This document shows positions 9,905 to 19,790 of a stretch of DNA of 64,000 nt, piece after piece. Location of the stretch: contig DATGHO010000038.1 of the NCBI GenBank assembly GCA_035307965.1, forward strand, positions 9,904 through 73,903. Direction: 5' to 3'. This DNA is from Candidatus Acidiferrales bacterium. GTDB taxonomy: Bacteria > Acidobacteriota > Terriglobia > Acidiferrales > UBA7541. The notes under the pieces were generated by a model, which saw nothing but the letters and a program-made list of their open reading frames with translations, ran no database searches and had not been told where the DNA came from. The stretch's first letter is position 1; each line of letters starts with the position of its first letter. The translations under genes were made by a program, and so were the position numbers.

Positions 9905-10777
9905 ATGCCAAGCTCCTGGAAAGGCTTCCTCACTTTTGGGCTGATTTCGCTGCCGATTCGCCTCTCTCCGGCGGCGCGCACCGAGCGCATCAGCTTCAAT
10001 CAGCTTCACAAAGAGTGCCACACGCGACTCAAGCAGCCGCTTTTCTGCCCAACGTGCAACCGCATGGTCGAACGCTCGGAAGTCGAGAAGGGCTACGAAT
10101 ACGAAAAAGGCCAATACGTTCTTTTCACCGAAGAAGAACTGAAAAATGTCGAGCCGGAGTCGGCGCGCAGCATGGAAATTCTGGAATTCGTGAAGCTTGC
10201 GGAGATCGATCCGGTTTATTTCGACGCCTCCTACTACATCGCTCCGGAAGAGGGCGGCGAAAAAGCCTATCGCCTGCTCGCTGAAGCCATGCAGCAAGCC
10301 GGCTACGCGGGCATCGCCAAAGTCAGCATGCACAATCGCGAGAACATCGTCATCATCCGCCCGCGCGAGAACGGCCTCACGCTCCACACCATGTTTTATT
10401 CCAACGAAATTCGCTCCTCCGAGTACGGCGACACGCGCAAAGCCGAAATCAAAGAGCAGGAGCGCACCCTCGCCCGCCAGTTAATCGAAAACCTCTCTGC
10501 CACTTTTGAACCGGACAAGTATCGCGACACGTATCAGGAAAGTTTGCGTTCGCTGGTTGAAGCAAAGACCGCGGGAAGGGAAGTCACCGCCGTTCAACAC
10601 CATGCTGTCGCACCAGTTATCGACTTGATGGCTGCCTTGAAGAAAAGCCTCGAGCAGAAGCCTGCCGCACCGAAAAAGCAACCGGTTCGCGTCGAGTCTC
10701 GCCAGAAAGAAGCCTCCGGAGCGCAGAGCGAGTCAACCGGCCCTCGCATCGTAAAGTCCCGCCGCAAAGCCGGCTAA
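9905..10777 (+). CDS. ku: Ku protein (bacterial non-homologous end joining)
   Basis: The N-terminus MPSSWKGFLTFGLISLPIRL and the core ...YFDASYYIAPE... are typical of bacterial Ku. The C-terminal tail is basic. Confidence 0.9.
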   Translation: MPSSWKGFLTFGLISLPIRLSPAARTERISFNQLHKECHTRLKQPLFCPTCNRMVERSEVEKGYEYEKGQYVLFTEEELKNVEPESARSMEILEFVKLAEIDPVYFDASYYIAPEEGGEKAYRLLAEAMQQAGYAGIAKVSMHNRENIVIIRPRENGLTLHTMFYSNEIRSSEYGDTRKAEIKEQERTLARQLIENLSATFEPDKYRDTYQESLRSLVEAKTAGREVTAVQHHAVAPVIDLMAALKKSLEQKPAAPKKQPVRVESRQKEASGAQSESTGPRIVKSRRKAG

Positions 10778-10804
10778 CCTACGTTCTTGTACAAAATGAA
10801 GTTT

Positions 10805-11974
10805 TTATTGCCGGTCAAACCGCGAACTGCCTATTTCGCTCGAAGACGCCGCATCGCGCGCCGTCAAAACCTGCCAGGTGAACGCCGGGGCATAATCGAG
10901 GACCAATCGGGTCAAATTCATCGTTCCTGCGTGCGCCGCCAGCAGCCGCGAAAACATCATGGGATTCGCCGAGAGCGCGCTCAACAGCCGCCGCCGCAGC
11001 CATCCATGCTTACTCAGCAAAACCAGCAGGCGCGACATCATCCGCGGGAGCTGCATCATTTGCCGATGTTCGTTCGCATATGCACGCAAGTCATTCTTCC
11101 GAAGCGCTTTCGCCAGGCTGATTGCTTGCTGCATTGCCAGCGCGAGACCGTCGCCGGTAACCGCGTCCACGCTGCCCGACGCATCGCCAGTCAGGGCCAC
11201 GTTTTCTCGAAAAACAGCGCGAAGCGACCGCGTCATGCACACTCCGCCCATCTCGCTGCCCACAATCTCGGCGTTCTCCACTTTTTTCGCGACTTCAGGA
11301 AACTTCGCAAGCGCTTCCGCTAGTCGCAGCCGTGGGTTTGCCGTCAGCGCAGCAATGCATATGTCCTGCGCGCCCGTCGGCGTCACATACAGCTCGCAAT
11401 CCTCAGTCCAGTGAACTTCCACGTGTTCTGACCACGGCGCCACGCGATAGTGCCCGCGAAATCCGTACCTCTTCAACCCCGCGAAATCAGCGCCTAGTCC
11501 TGCCCAATTTCGCACTCGCGAATTGTGTCCATCGGCGCCAATCACCCACCGGCTGCGTATCACGCTGCCATTTATGTACACGGTGCCTGATTGCCCGCAC
11601 GTCACGCGCACGCCCCAATTCATCTCGACTCCGGCGCGCCACGCCCGTTGTACTAGGAGCTTATGTAACGTGGTCCTGCGAACACCCCGGCCCCATCCGT
11701 CTGGAAAATCGGCCTGCACTGTCGTTCCATTTTCGGCAAAGCGTATCCCGCGAAACGGCACTCCGTCATTTAGCCCCAGCGTCACACCGAGCTTCCTCAG
11801 CGCCGTCACACCTGCGGGCATCAGTCCTTCCCCGCACGCTTTGTCTAGCGGTGGTTCACCAGGATCCGCTATGCCTACGCGAAAACCTTCTTGTCTCGCC
11901 GCTATCGCCGCTGCCAGCCCCGCAGGCCCGCCCCCTACGACGAAAACATCTGTGTCCAGTCTCCCCCGCTCCAT
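10805..11974 (-). CDS. FAD-dependent oxidoreductase (geranylgeranyl-reductase / flavin monooxygenase family)
   Basis: An N-terminal dinucleotide-binding motif DVFVVGGGPAGLAAA is present. The gene lies 18 nt downstream of the type III PKS on the same strand. Confidence 0.8.
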   Translation of the reverse strand: MERGRLDTDVFVVGGGPAGLAAAIAARQEGFRVGIADPGEPPLDKACGEGLMPAGVTALRKLGVTLGLNDGVPFRGIRFAENGTTVQADFPDGWGRGVRRTTLHKLLVQRAWRAGVEMNWGVRVTCGQSGTVYINGSVIRSRWVIGADGHNSRVRNWAGLGADFAGLKRYGFRGHYRVAPWSEHVEVHWTEDCELYVTPTGAQDICIAALTANPRLRLAEALAKFPEVAKKVENAEIVGSEMGGVCMTRSLRAVFRENVALTGDASGSVDAVTGDGLALAMQQAISLAKALRKNDLRAYANEHRQMMQLPRMMSRLLVLLSKHGWLRRRLLSALSANPMMFSRLLAAHAGTMNLTRLVLDYAPAFTWQVLTARDAASSSEIGSSRFDRQ

Positions 11975-11992
11975 CCTTCTCCCGCTTCCCGC

Positions 11993-13042
11993 TCACCACT
12001 TCAGCAAAATCAATTCTGAGCAGAACCCCGGCCCCATCGCCCCCAATATTCCGTAGCTTCCCGGCTCTGGACGCCGGTTCGCTATCACGTCTTCGAGCAC
12101 CAGCAGCACCGACACCGACGACAAATTCCCAACCTTGGCCAGCGAATCCCACGAAGCTGCGAGTTCATCATTCTTCAAATCGAGCGCGTCCTCCACCGCT
12201 TCGAGCACTTTCGGCCCCCCCGTATGGAACACCCAGCTCGAAATATCTTCGCGCGTCAGCCCCAAATCGCCGAGGAACTGCTTCACATCTCTCCCCAGAT
12301 TTTGCTTCACCACGTCTGGCACGCCCGGTGACAGCACAATCTGAAAGCCTTTCTCCGAAATCTCCCAGCCCATGGTGCGTTCCGTGTCCGGGTAAAATGT
12401 CGAGCGCGTGGCGATAATCTCCGGCCCTTGGAAGTCTCGTTCATCGCCCGTAATGATCACCGCCGCAGCGCCATCGCCAAACAGCCCCGCGGAGATCAAA
12501 TTCGCCATCGACAGATCGTCGCGCTGAATCGTCAGCGAACACAGTTCCACTGCCAGCAGCACCGCCGTCTGTCCCGGAAACGCGCGAACGTAATCCGCGG
12601 CGCGCGCAATTCCCGCCGCGCCCGCCACGCACCCCAGGCCAAAAATCGGATTGCGCTTGATGTTCGGGCACAACCCCAAACGGTTTATAAGTCGCGCATC
12701 CAGCGACGGACTTGCAATTCCCGTCACCGAAACCACATAAATCGCATCCAGTTCTCGCGCCGGAAGCCCGATCGGCTTCAGCGCCGAGGTAATCGCCTCC
12801 TCGCCAATTTCCAACCCCGTCTGAATCCAGGTGTCGTTCGCTTCGCCCCAAGTAGAAAGCCCGTAGTATCCCTCCAGCGGCATCGACATGTAGCGTCCCT
12901 TAACGCTCACGTTCGCGTGCAGCTTGTCCAGCACTTCTGGTTTTTTCAGCCGGTCGCCCCAATATTGCTTCAGAGCGCCCACCAAAACTTCCTGGCTGAA
13001 GTAATTCTTGGGAAACGCGCCAGCAACGCTAGCGATTCTCAT
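11993..13042 (-). CDS. Type III polyketide synthase (chalcone/stilbene synthase family)
   Basis: The protein is 349 aa with a thiolase fold. It carries an active-site Cys context (GLGCVAGAAG) and the C-terminal GPGF signature (GAMGPGFCSE). Confidence 0.85.
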   Translation of the reverse strand: MRIASVAGAFPKNYFSQEVLVGALKQYWGDRLKKPEVLDKLHANVSVKGRYMSMPLEGYYGLSTWGEANDTWIQTGLEIGEEAITSALKPIGLPARELDAIYVVSVTGIASPSLDARLINRLGLCPNIKRNPIFGLGCVAGAAGIARAADYVRAFPGQTAVLLAVELCSLTIQRDDLSMANLISAGLFGDGAAAVIITGDERDFQGPEIIATRSTFYPDTERTMGWEISEKGFQIVLSPGVPDVVKQNLGRDVKQFLGDLGLTREDISSWVFHTGGPKVLEAVEDALDLKNDELAASWDSLAKVGNLSSVSVLLVLEDVIANRRPEPGSYGILGAMGPGFCSELILLKW

Positions 13043-13532
13043 TCGTCACCAATCCTCTCGGTTTTCGAGCGCGATTCGTCATACGGCTCACGCATTCCGC
13101 ATATAACGTCCATTTGCATGAGAACGCCGCCTCGCGTTTTGCTGGTTGCGGTTTTCACCGTTTGCGTTGAACTGCGCCAGCCCGCTTGAACAAAATTCGA
13201 ATATCGGAGTTTCCTTTTGCGATGCCGGTTAGGCCCTTGCGTGTCGCCCCACATTCTTATCCCTCAGCGCCGCTATCGCAAGCAATAATCTTCTGGCGTA
13301 TCCTGCGCCAGTTCCGCCGCCCTCGTCCTTTAAATTCGCGAAAAAGCCGCAGGAAAATGGGGAGTATAATGTCAGATCCCCAGAAAGACACGCTGAATTT
13401 ACTTTGATGCGCGCTTTTGCGGCTTTGTCTTCAAGAAGTGCGCGAAGTCAGCGCGGCTCCGGGAAGCCCTGTTTACCCATGCCGTGAATGTCGGCGTTCA
13501 CGCGGCTTTCGCGCTTTACGTCCCGGCGCTTG

Positions 13533-13973
13533 CTACAACGTTTGTCTTTTCCGTCGCGGGCGTGGCTCTTCACCCACGTCTGTACGAACTTGTTTTTCGT
13601 CGCGGTCTGCCGCTCTTTCCACGCCCTCGATAACTTCAGCTTCGTAATCCTGGCCCTCTTCGGCCAACTCCTTCACGCTTTCCGAATCCGCGTCTTCGAT
13701 ATCTGATAATCCTTCCAGATCGCCCGATTGCCCGGCTTCCAGCGTGCGCTCCGGCTCGCTTTCGGCCACAATTCCGGCGCGGTCGGAATTCAACCCGCGC
13801 GAGAGCCGCGCATTTCGTGCGCGCCTGTTTTTTGCTTCTCTGCGCGAACTCGCAGCCGTTCTTTTCCTCGATGTTTTCTTGGCGCTGGCCTTCTTCTTCG
13901 CCGCCATCCGCGTGCCGCCCTTTTTCTTTCTCTTTATGTTCTTTGCCACGGGAACTTTCTCCTCGACCTTCAA
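13533..13973 (-). CDS. Hypothetical, highly charged protein (Lys/Arg-rich N-half, Asp/Glu-rich C-half)
   Basis: The ORF is 146 aa, with an alternative start at MAAKKK (13907). Composition is low-complexity and no motif was recognised. Confidence 0.4.
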   Translation of the reverse strand: MKVEEKVPVAKNIKRKKKGGTRMAAKKKASAKKTSRKRTAASSRREAKNRRARNARLSRGLNSDRAGIVAESEPERTLEAGQSGDLEGLSDIEDADSESVKELAEEGQDYEAEVIEGVERAADRDEKQVRTDVGEEPRPRRKRQTL

Positions 13974-14026
13974 TTGTGCGCAGCCGGTGTCGTAGCCTCA
14001 AAACTTCACTTGCTGCCAATCTCCCG

Positions 14027-14593
14027 TCAATGCGGATACTCCCGATTGCCAAACGTGAAAACCACCCCCGCCGACAGCCATATGTTGTTCTGATGAGCCT
14101 GCAGAAACGGCGTGCGGTAGTAGTCCACCTCAATCGCCCGCACCGACCAGCGCCGCGTAAACTTCAAATCCAGTCCGCCGCCTGTCCTGAACGAGAACCC
14201 ATTCTCAGAATACTTCTGCCTTATCGACGTCAAATTCAAATCCAGCCGCGAAGCCCCCGCCAAAAATTCCGCAAATGGATTGAACATGCCAAACCTCGAA
14301 CGGTGATAAAACCGCGCGCCAATGTGGTCCCCATACATTCGCGTGTTGCCCTGCGGGATCGAACCGTATTGCCAGTCTCCATCAGCATAAATCTGCAGCC
14401 AATTCGTAACGTTGAGCGCCAACGATCCATATACTCCGTTTGTGTTTGGCCATCCTTGACCCGCCCGAAAATCCGTGAACGCGTACCCTCCGCCCAGTTC
14501 CAGCGTCATTCCTCGCTTTACGCCTGGAGTCTGCGCCGCCGCAGGCGCCGCCATGCACGCCGCCGCGCATACTGCTAACAGCCACCTCAGCAT
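14027..14593 (-). CDS. Outer-membrane beta-barrel protein (small 8-strand-type barrel)
   Basis: The signal peptide is MLRWLLAVCAAACMAAPAAAQ. The sequence shows alternating aromatic/Gly beta-strand patterns and the barrel-type end ...SAGVVFTFGN. Confidence 0.75.
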   Translation of the reverse strand: MLRWLLAVCAAACMAAPAAAQTPGVKRGMTLELGGGYAFTDFRAGQGWPNTNGVYGSLALNVTNWLQIYADGDWQYGSIPQGNTRMYGDHIGARFYHRSRFGMFNPFAEFLAGASRLDLNLTSIRQKYSENGFSFRTGGGLDLKFTRRWSVRAIEVDYYRTPFLQAHQNNIWLSAGVVFTFGNREYPH

Positions 14594-14836
14594 ATCTCAA
14601 CCTTTCCAGCCCAACAGGGCCGTCGCAACAATTCCCCGCAGACGCCATTCTGCGTGAGATCAAGCTGGGTTCCTTCTAGGGTGACAACTTTCCTCCGAAC
14701 TTTCAACCAACTTTCTCAATGAGAGCCTCTTCCCTCATCTTTAGATGCCCGCTGCTTCCCACGCGCTGCGAGAACACCATGCACATTCCCGCCGCGCTCA
14801 GGAACAGAGGTCAAGTGCGGACAATTCGCGGCGGGA

Positions 14837-15001
14837 CTAGTGCAGCAGGGAACTGAACTTCACGCCGAGATAGTACGGCCAGATCACAATGGCGAACACG
14901 CCCTTCCAAAAAGTGAGCTGCAAAAATCCTATCGTGAAAAGCCACGCCGCAAACCACAACCCGCCCACAAATCCGTGCTGCTCGATCTTTATTTTTTCCA
15001 T
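14837..15001 (-). CDS. Small two-helix membrane protein (54 aa)
   Basis: The product is MEKIKIEQHGFVGGLWFAAWLFTIGFLQLTFWKGVFAIVIWPYYLGVKFSSLLH. The upstream part of the track ORF is not protein-like. Confidence 0.45.
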   Translation of the reverse strand: MEKIKIEQHGFVGGLWFAAWLFTIGFLQLTFWKGVFAIVIWPYYLGVKFSSLLH

Positions 15002-15195
15002 GGCGCGCAGTATACGACGATTCTCTAATTTCATCCGATAAAACGGGGTCGCGTGTCTTCCAAGCCCTCCGGTGCGCCGCATTTGAGCAACCCTTTTGCC
15101 ATTCGCGCATCCAAATTTCAGCGACTCAGCAGCGTTTGCAGTCCTGCATTTCGGACCTTTTTTTGACGAACTTGTTTGACCTTGAGGCAAAACCA

Positions 15196-17223
15196 ATGCG
15201 CCGCCGCGCGCTGATCCTGCTCACGATGGCAATGCTCCTCCTCGAGGCCGCTTCTTGCGGAGGCAGCGGCTCGCGTCCTCCAGTTACCGTCACCGTAGCG
15301 GCAAATCCCACCAGCGTTCCCGTGGACGGAACTTCTTTTTTCACCGCTACAGTTGTGAATAGTTCGGATCAGAACGTCACTTGGTCCGTGGTAGGCGGCG
15401 CGGCCAATGGCTCGATCAGCTCCGCCGGAGTTTACACGGCGCCGGCAACCGTTCCGGCGAATCCGCAAGTCACCGTCACCGCGACTCCGCAGGCCAATCC
15501 CTTAACTTCCGGCCAGGCCAGCATTACCATAACGATCAGGGTCGCCGTCTCGCCGCCAAGCGCAAGTGTTCAAACGCTTAGAACCGCGTCTTTCGCCGCC
15601 TCTGTCCAGGGCTCGTCAAATCAGTCGGTCACCTGGGAAGTGAATGGAATCGCGGGCGGCAACAATTCTGTTGGCATCATCAGCGGCAGTGGTCTCTACC
15701 AGGCCCCTGAATCGGTCCCTGCAAACGCTTCCAGCGGCCAAACCATCTCCGTGAGCATCGAAGCCATCCCGCAGGCGAATCCATCCGTCTCCGCATCGGC
15801 CGTAGTCACGGTCACATCGCCCAATCAGCTCGGCGAAAATCTCCCCGTCAAACTCGGCAGTTCCGGCGGCAACATCAACGACGAAGACGCCACCGAATGC
15901 GCCGGTGGCACGCTTGGTTCGCTCGTGGTTCGCGCCGGAACGCAATACATTCTCAGCGACAATCACATCCTTGCCCGCAGTGACGCGGCCAGCCTCGGCG
16001 AAGCCATCATTCAGCCCGGCCTGATTGACACGCCCAGTCCCTGCGTGGCCAGCTCCGGCAGCAACGTCGTCGCTCATCTCTCGCAATTCATCAATATCGA
16101 GCAGCCGAATCCACCAGCCGACGCCGCCATCGCGCAGGTCGTCACCTCGCCTGCCAGCGTGGACTCTGCGGGCACGATCATCGAACTCGGCGACTCCACG
16201 CCCAATGGCATTCCCACCGACGAAGCTCCTGCCAGCACCATTCTTCCGGTTTCGTCGCTCGTGCCCAACAGCACCGCAGTTGCTAAAAGCGGTCGCAGCA
16301 CGGGCCTCACCTGTTCGACCATTGAAGCAGTAAACGTCGACGCATCAGTCCAATATCAGCGCGGGCTGGGCGGCTCCAGCTTCACCGCCCTCTATCACAA
16401 CCAAATCTCCGTGAACGGTGGCACGTTCAGCGCTGCGGGAGACTCCGGCTCGCTCATCGTTTCGCAAGCTGGCGCACAGCCCGTCGCTTTGCTCTACGCC
16501 GGCTCTTCTACTAACACAATTGGCGCGCCGGTCGCCACGGTTCTCGCCAATCTTGCCGACACCAATAACAACACGCCCACTTTTGTCGGGCTGGCCACTC
16601 GCGGCCCAGTTGCCGGCTGCACTTCTGCCGGCGCGGACGCGTTGGGCGCTACCGCATTGCAAACAAATCCCACAAAACCCACTGCCGCAGAAATTGCCAA
16701 AGCCGAAAGTGTAAAAAATCAAAAAGCGCCGCAACTGCTGTCTGATCCTTCCGTGCTGGCAATCGGTGTCGGCCGCAGCCTCGACCGTCCTAATCACGCT
16801 GCCATTGTCGTCTTCGTGCAAAAAGGCGAACCGCTGGTGCGCCCCGTCCCGCCCACTGTTGGCGGCGTGCTTACCCGCGTCGTCGCGACGCCATCGCCAA
16901 ACAAGACTGGCGTTCTCAATCAGCAATCCACCGCCGAACTCCTCAAAAAATCCGGCCTGCCCCAGCGCGCCAATCCCACTCCTGAAGAACTCGCCTCAGC
17001 AACGTCAGTAAAAAATAAATATTCTTCCTCGCTCGTACACCAGCCCGGAATTCTTGGCGTTGGCGTTACTTCCAGCCTCGACAATCCCAGCGACGCGGCC
17101 ATCATCGTTTACGTCGAGACAGGCAAGTCGCATAATCCCATTCCTCTCGAACTTGACGGCGTTCGCGTGCGCGTAAAATACACCGACAAATTTCGCGCCT
17201 ACTCGTGGGGCCGGCGCCTCTAG
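15196..17223 (+). CDS. Secreted protein: N-terminal Ig-like (BIG2-type) repeats plus chymotrypsin-fold (S1/alpha-lytic-like) serine peptidase domain
   Basis: The signal is MRRRALILLTMAMLLLEAASC, a possible lipoprotein Cys. Repeated VTWSV...G.ISSAGVYTAP modules follow. A GDSGS serine motif (AAGDSGSLIV) is present. Confidence 0.7.
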   Translation: MRRRALILLTMAMLLLEAASCGGSGSRPPVTVTVAANPTSVPVDGTSFFTATVVNSSDQNVTWSVVGGAANGSISSAGVYTAPATVPANPQVTVTATPQANPLTSGQASITITIRVAVSPPSASVQTLRTASFAASVQGSSNQSVTWEVNGIAGGNNSVGIISGSGLYQAPESVPANASSGQTISVSIEAIPQANPSVSASAVVTVTSPNQLGENLPVKLGSSGGNINDEDATECAGGTLGSLVVRAGTQYILSDNHILARSDAASLGEAIIQPGLIDTPSPCVASSGSNVVAHLSQFINIEQPNPPADAAIAQVVTSPASVDSAGTIIELGDSTPNGIPTDEAPASTILPVSSLVPNSTAVAKSGRSTGLTCSTIEAVNVDASVQYQRGLGGSSFTALYHNQISVNGGTFSAAGDSGSLIVSQAGAQPVALLYAGSSTNTIGAPVATVLANLADTNNNTPTFVGLATRGPVAGCTSAGADALGATALQTNPTKPTAAEIAKAESVKNQKAPQLLSDPSVLAIGVGRSLDRPNHAAIVVFVQKGEPLVRPVPPTVGGVLTRVVATPSPNKTGVLNQQSTAELLKKSGLPQRANPTPEELASATSVKNKYSSSLVHQPGILGVGVTSSLDNPSDAAIIVYVETGKSHNPIPLELDGVRVRVKYTDKFRAYSWGRRL

Positions 17224-17370
17224 AAATCACCGACGCTTTCTACAGGGCTCTCTGTATTGCCAGCTAGGTGACTCGCGTACACCATTTGTGCCGAGGGTGC
17301 GCGTTTGCCGGAAGACGAAGTTCACTGTGAGAAGTTCGCTGTGATCAGTCCTGAAAGTCCTGAATAAATT

Positions 17371-19455
17371 ATGCCCACCGCAAAAGCTTCCCGAACTTCA
17401 ATGCCGCCGCGCGCCGATTCCGCTCAGCCGCAGCGCCGCGCACCCTCTACCGAGCCGGGCGACGGCCACAACAATAAGCCCTCCGTTCCGCTTGAATCCG
17501 TCATCATCACTGACGACCTCGGTAAGCGCCCTTCACGCCGCCCTCAGTTCGCCGCGGAGAATCGCGTATTGCTCGCGCTGGCGCAGGACATCGCGGATTG
17601 CCCGGAGCGCGTTTTCGACAAACTGGCGCACGGTGCTCTGGAACTTTGCCGCGCCCACTCCGCCGGCTTCACCGTGCTTGATGAGGACACCAATATCTTT
17701 CGGTGGCGCGCCGTTTCCGGACAATGGGCTGCGCATACCGGCGAAGTCGCGTCGGCAAATGTTGCTATTTGCAGTACGCTGCTTGAGCGGCCCGCTGCGC
17801 AACTCTTTCGCCGTCCGGAGCGCCACTTCACCTATCTGGCCGCGATTACCCCTCCTATTGAAGAGGGCCTGCTGGTCCCGTTTTACTCCAAAGGCAAGCT
17901 CGCCGGCGCCCTGTGGGTGTTGGCTCACGACCAGTCGCGGCGCTTCGATGCGGAGGATCTTCGCTTGGTCACTGACCTTGCCGCGTTCGCCGCAGCGGGA
18001 TACCAAATTTTGCGCGCCGCAGAGGCCGATGAGAAGGCTGACGCGGTGCGTTTGCGCAAGGTCAGCACAGAACTGATTCAAGCGGGCGATACAGGCGCCC
18101 TCTACACCAAAATTCTCGACGCCGCCATTGCCGTGATGCGTTCCCAGATGGGCAGCCTGCAGATGCTTTATCCCGAGCGCGGCGAGCTGCGGCTTCTGGC
18201 TTACAAAGGCTTTCATCCCAACTCGGCGAAGTTCTGGGAATGGGTGCGGCCCGCATCCGCCAGCACTTGTGGAATGGCTTTGCAAACTCGCGGGCGGATC
18301 ATTGTGCCGGACGTTGAGAATTGCGCCTTCATGGCCGGCACTGAGGACCTTCACTTCTATCGCAAGTCCGAAATTCGCGCCGTGCAATCCACGCCGCTGA
18401 TTTCCCGCTCCGGCGTTTTGCTGGGCATGATCTCCACTCATTGGAAGCAGCCGCACGATCCTTCGGAGCGCGACCTGCGCTTGCTGGACATCCTCGCGCG
18501 CCAGGCGGCGGACTTCATCGAGCGAACTCGGGCCGAAGCAGCGCTGAAGCGAGCCAACGATAAGCTCGAAGAGCGAGTGCAGGCGCGCACGCGCGAATTG
18601 CAGCAGCAGGTTAGCAAGACGCAGCGCGCCGAGGACGAGCTTCGCGCGGTGACTGCGCGCCTGTTCAAAATTCAGGATGAAGAGCGGCGCTACGTCGCTC
18701 GCGAGCTGCATGCCGGCGCGAGCCAAACGCTGGCGGCGCTGTCCATGAACCTTGGCAGGATCGCGCAAAATGTGGCGCGCCCCGATACACTTTTCGAAGT
18801 GGTGCAGGAATGCAACACTTTGATCGATAATCTGACGCGCGAAATCCGCACTGTTTCGTATCTTCTTCATCCCCCGCTGCTCGAGGATCTGGGCCTCGGC
18901 TTTGCGCTGCGCATTTACGCCCAGGGATTTTCCGAGCGCAGCGGCATTCGCGTCGAGGTCGAAGAAGACGAGAGTCTCGAGCGCCTGCCCAAAGATTCCG
19001 AGATTGCCGTCTTTCGTGTGATTCAGGAGAGCCTCACGAACATCCATCGCCACTCCGGCGCGTCTTCTGCGAAAATTCGCGTCTCTCACAACGATGGCGG
19101 CCTGCAAGTGAAAATCACCGACAATGGCAAAGGCATTTCCGCGGAAAAGCAGCGCGAACTGGCGGCCTCGGCGGAATCCGGCGTGGGCATCCTCGGCATG
19201 CGTGAACGCATTCGCCAGCTTGGCGGGACGTTCGAAATTACCTCGGGCATTCCGGTCGCGGGCGATGGGGTGACCCAGAGCAATACCGCTGCGTTTTCTG
19301 GGGCGTTCTCGCTGAATAGCGCGGCGGCCTCAACCGCTGAGGAGCGGGGCAAGCGGCGCGCCGCGAATCCCGGCACCTGCGTTAGCGTGACGTTGCCGCT
19401 GGCCAACGCCGCCCCTGGCGCACGGGGGGGGGGCAGCAAGCAGGTGAGCCGTTGA
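17371..19455 (+). CDS. GAF-domain sensor histidine kinase (HisKA_3 / NarX-DesK type, HATPase_c)
   Basis: Two GAF-like regions precede a coiled coil. The H-box is RELHAGASQTL and the N/G boxes are LTNIHRHSGA and GVGILGMRERI. No cognate response regulator is adjacent. Confidence 0.85.
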   Translation: MPTAKASRTSMPPRADSAQPQRRAPSTEPGDGHNNKPSVPLESVIITDDLGKRPSRRPQFAAENRVLLALAQDIADCPERVFDKLAHGALELCRAHSAGFTVLDEDTNIFRWRAVSGQWAAHTGEVASANVAICSTLLERPAAQLFRRPERHFTYLAAITPPIEEGLLVPFYSKGKLAGALWVLAHDQSRRFDAEDLRLVTDLAAFAAAGYQILRAAEADEKADAVRLRKVSTELIQAGDTGALYTKILDAAIAVMRSQMGSLQMLYPERGELRLLAYKGFHPNSAKFWEWVRPASASTCGMALQTRGRIIVPDVENCAFMAGTEDLHFYRKSEIRAVQSTPLISRSGVLLGMISTHWKQPHDPSERDLRLLDILARQAADFIERTRAEAALKRANDKLEERVQARTRELQQQVSKTQRAEDELRAVTARLFKIQDEERRYVARELHAGASQTLAALSMNLGRIAQNVARPDTLFEVVQECNTLIDNLTREIRTVSYLLHPPLLEDLGLGFALRIYAQGFSERSGIRVEVEEDESLERLPKDSEIAVFRVIQESLTNIHRHSGASSAKIRVSHNDGGLQVKITDNGKGISAEKQRELAASAESGVGILGMRERIRQLGGTFEITSGIPVAGDGVTQSNTAAFSGAFSLNSAAASTAEERGKRRAANPGTCVSVTLPLANAAPGARGGGSKQVSR

Positions 19456-19523
19456 CGGTGGATTCAGCAAGCCGCTTCGAGTTGTGATTGTGCGATGAGC
19501 GTCAGTTAGCCTCCGATATTCCC

Positions 19524-19648
19524 AGTGTCCGAAAACGGACATTCGCGCTAAAAAAACGGCGAAAAAACTCGATTAGAAATGGCCTCCCTCGTTTGTTTTG
19601 TGTAAGTTGCGTCATGTTCTAATTTCCCATAGAAACTCGATTAGAATT
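19524..19648 (+). repeat. 125-nt intergenic element, copy A (second copy at 57070..57194)
   Basis: Hand alignment with 57070..57194 gives 105/125 identities, no gaps, same orientation. The element contains the GTCCG-aaaa-CGGAC hairpin and ATTAGAA...TTCTAAT...ATTAGAA inverted motifs. Confidence 0.85.
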
Positions 19649-19736
19649 TTTGAGGCGGCGTGAAACGCGAAGCTACGGGTCGCGGATGGTGGCGGGTGAG
19701 TTTGAGAACACTCCGCTCACAATGCGGCGAAAGTTA

Positions 19737-19790
19737 TCGATTAGAAAAATGGAAGTGGCTGAAGAGGAGCGAGTTAGGCGAATTTCTAAT
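19737..19790 (+). repeat. Partial third copy of the tcgATTAGAAA ... TTTCTAAT hairpin module
   Basis: The 8-bp perfect inverted repeat ATTAGAAA (19740-47) / TTTCTAAT (19783-90) has the same arms as copies A and B. Confidence 0.6.

Noticed and set aside
17533-19107. A 524-aa minus-strand ORF.
   Set aside because: It is a shadow ORF antisense to the GAF histidine kinase.
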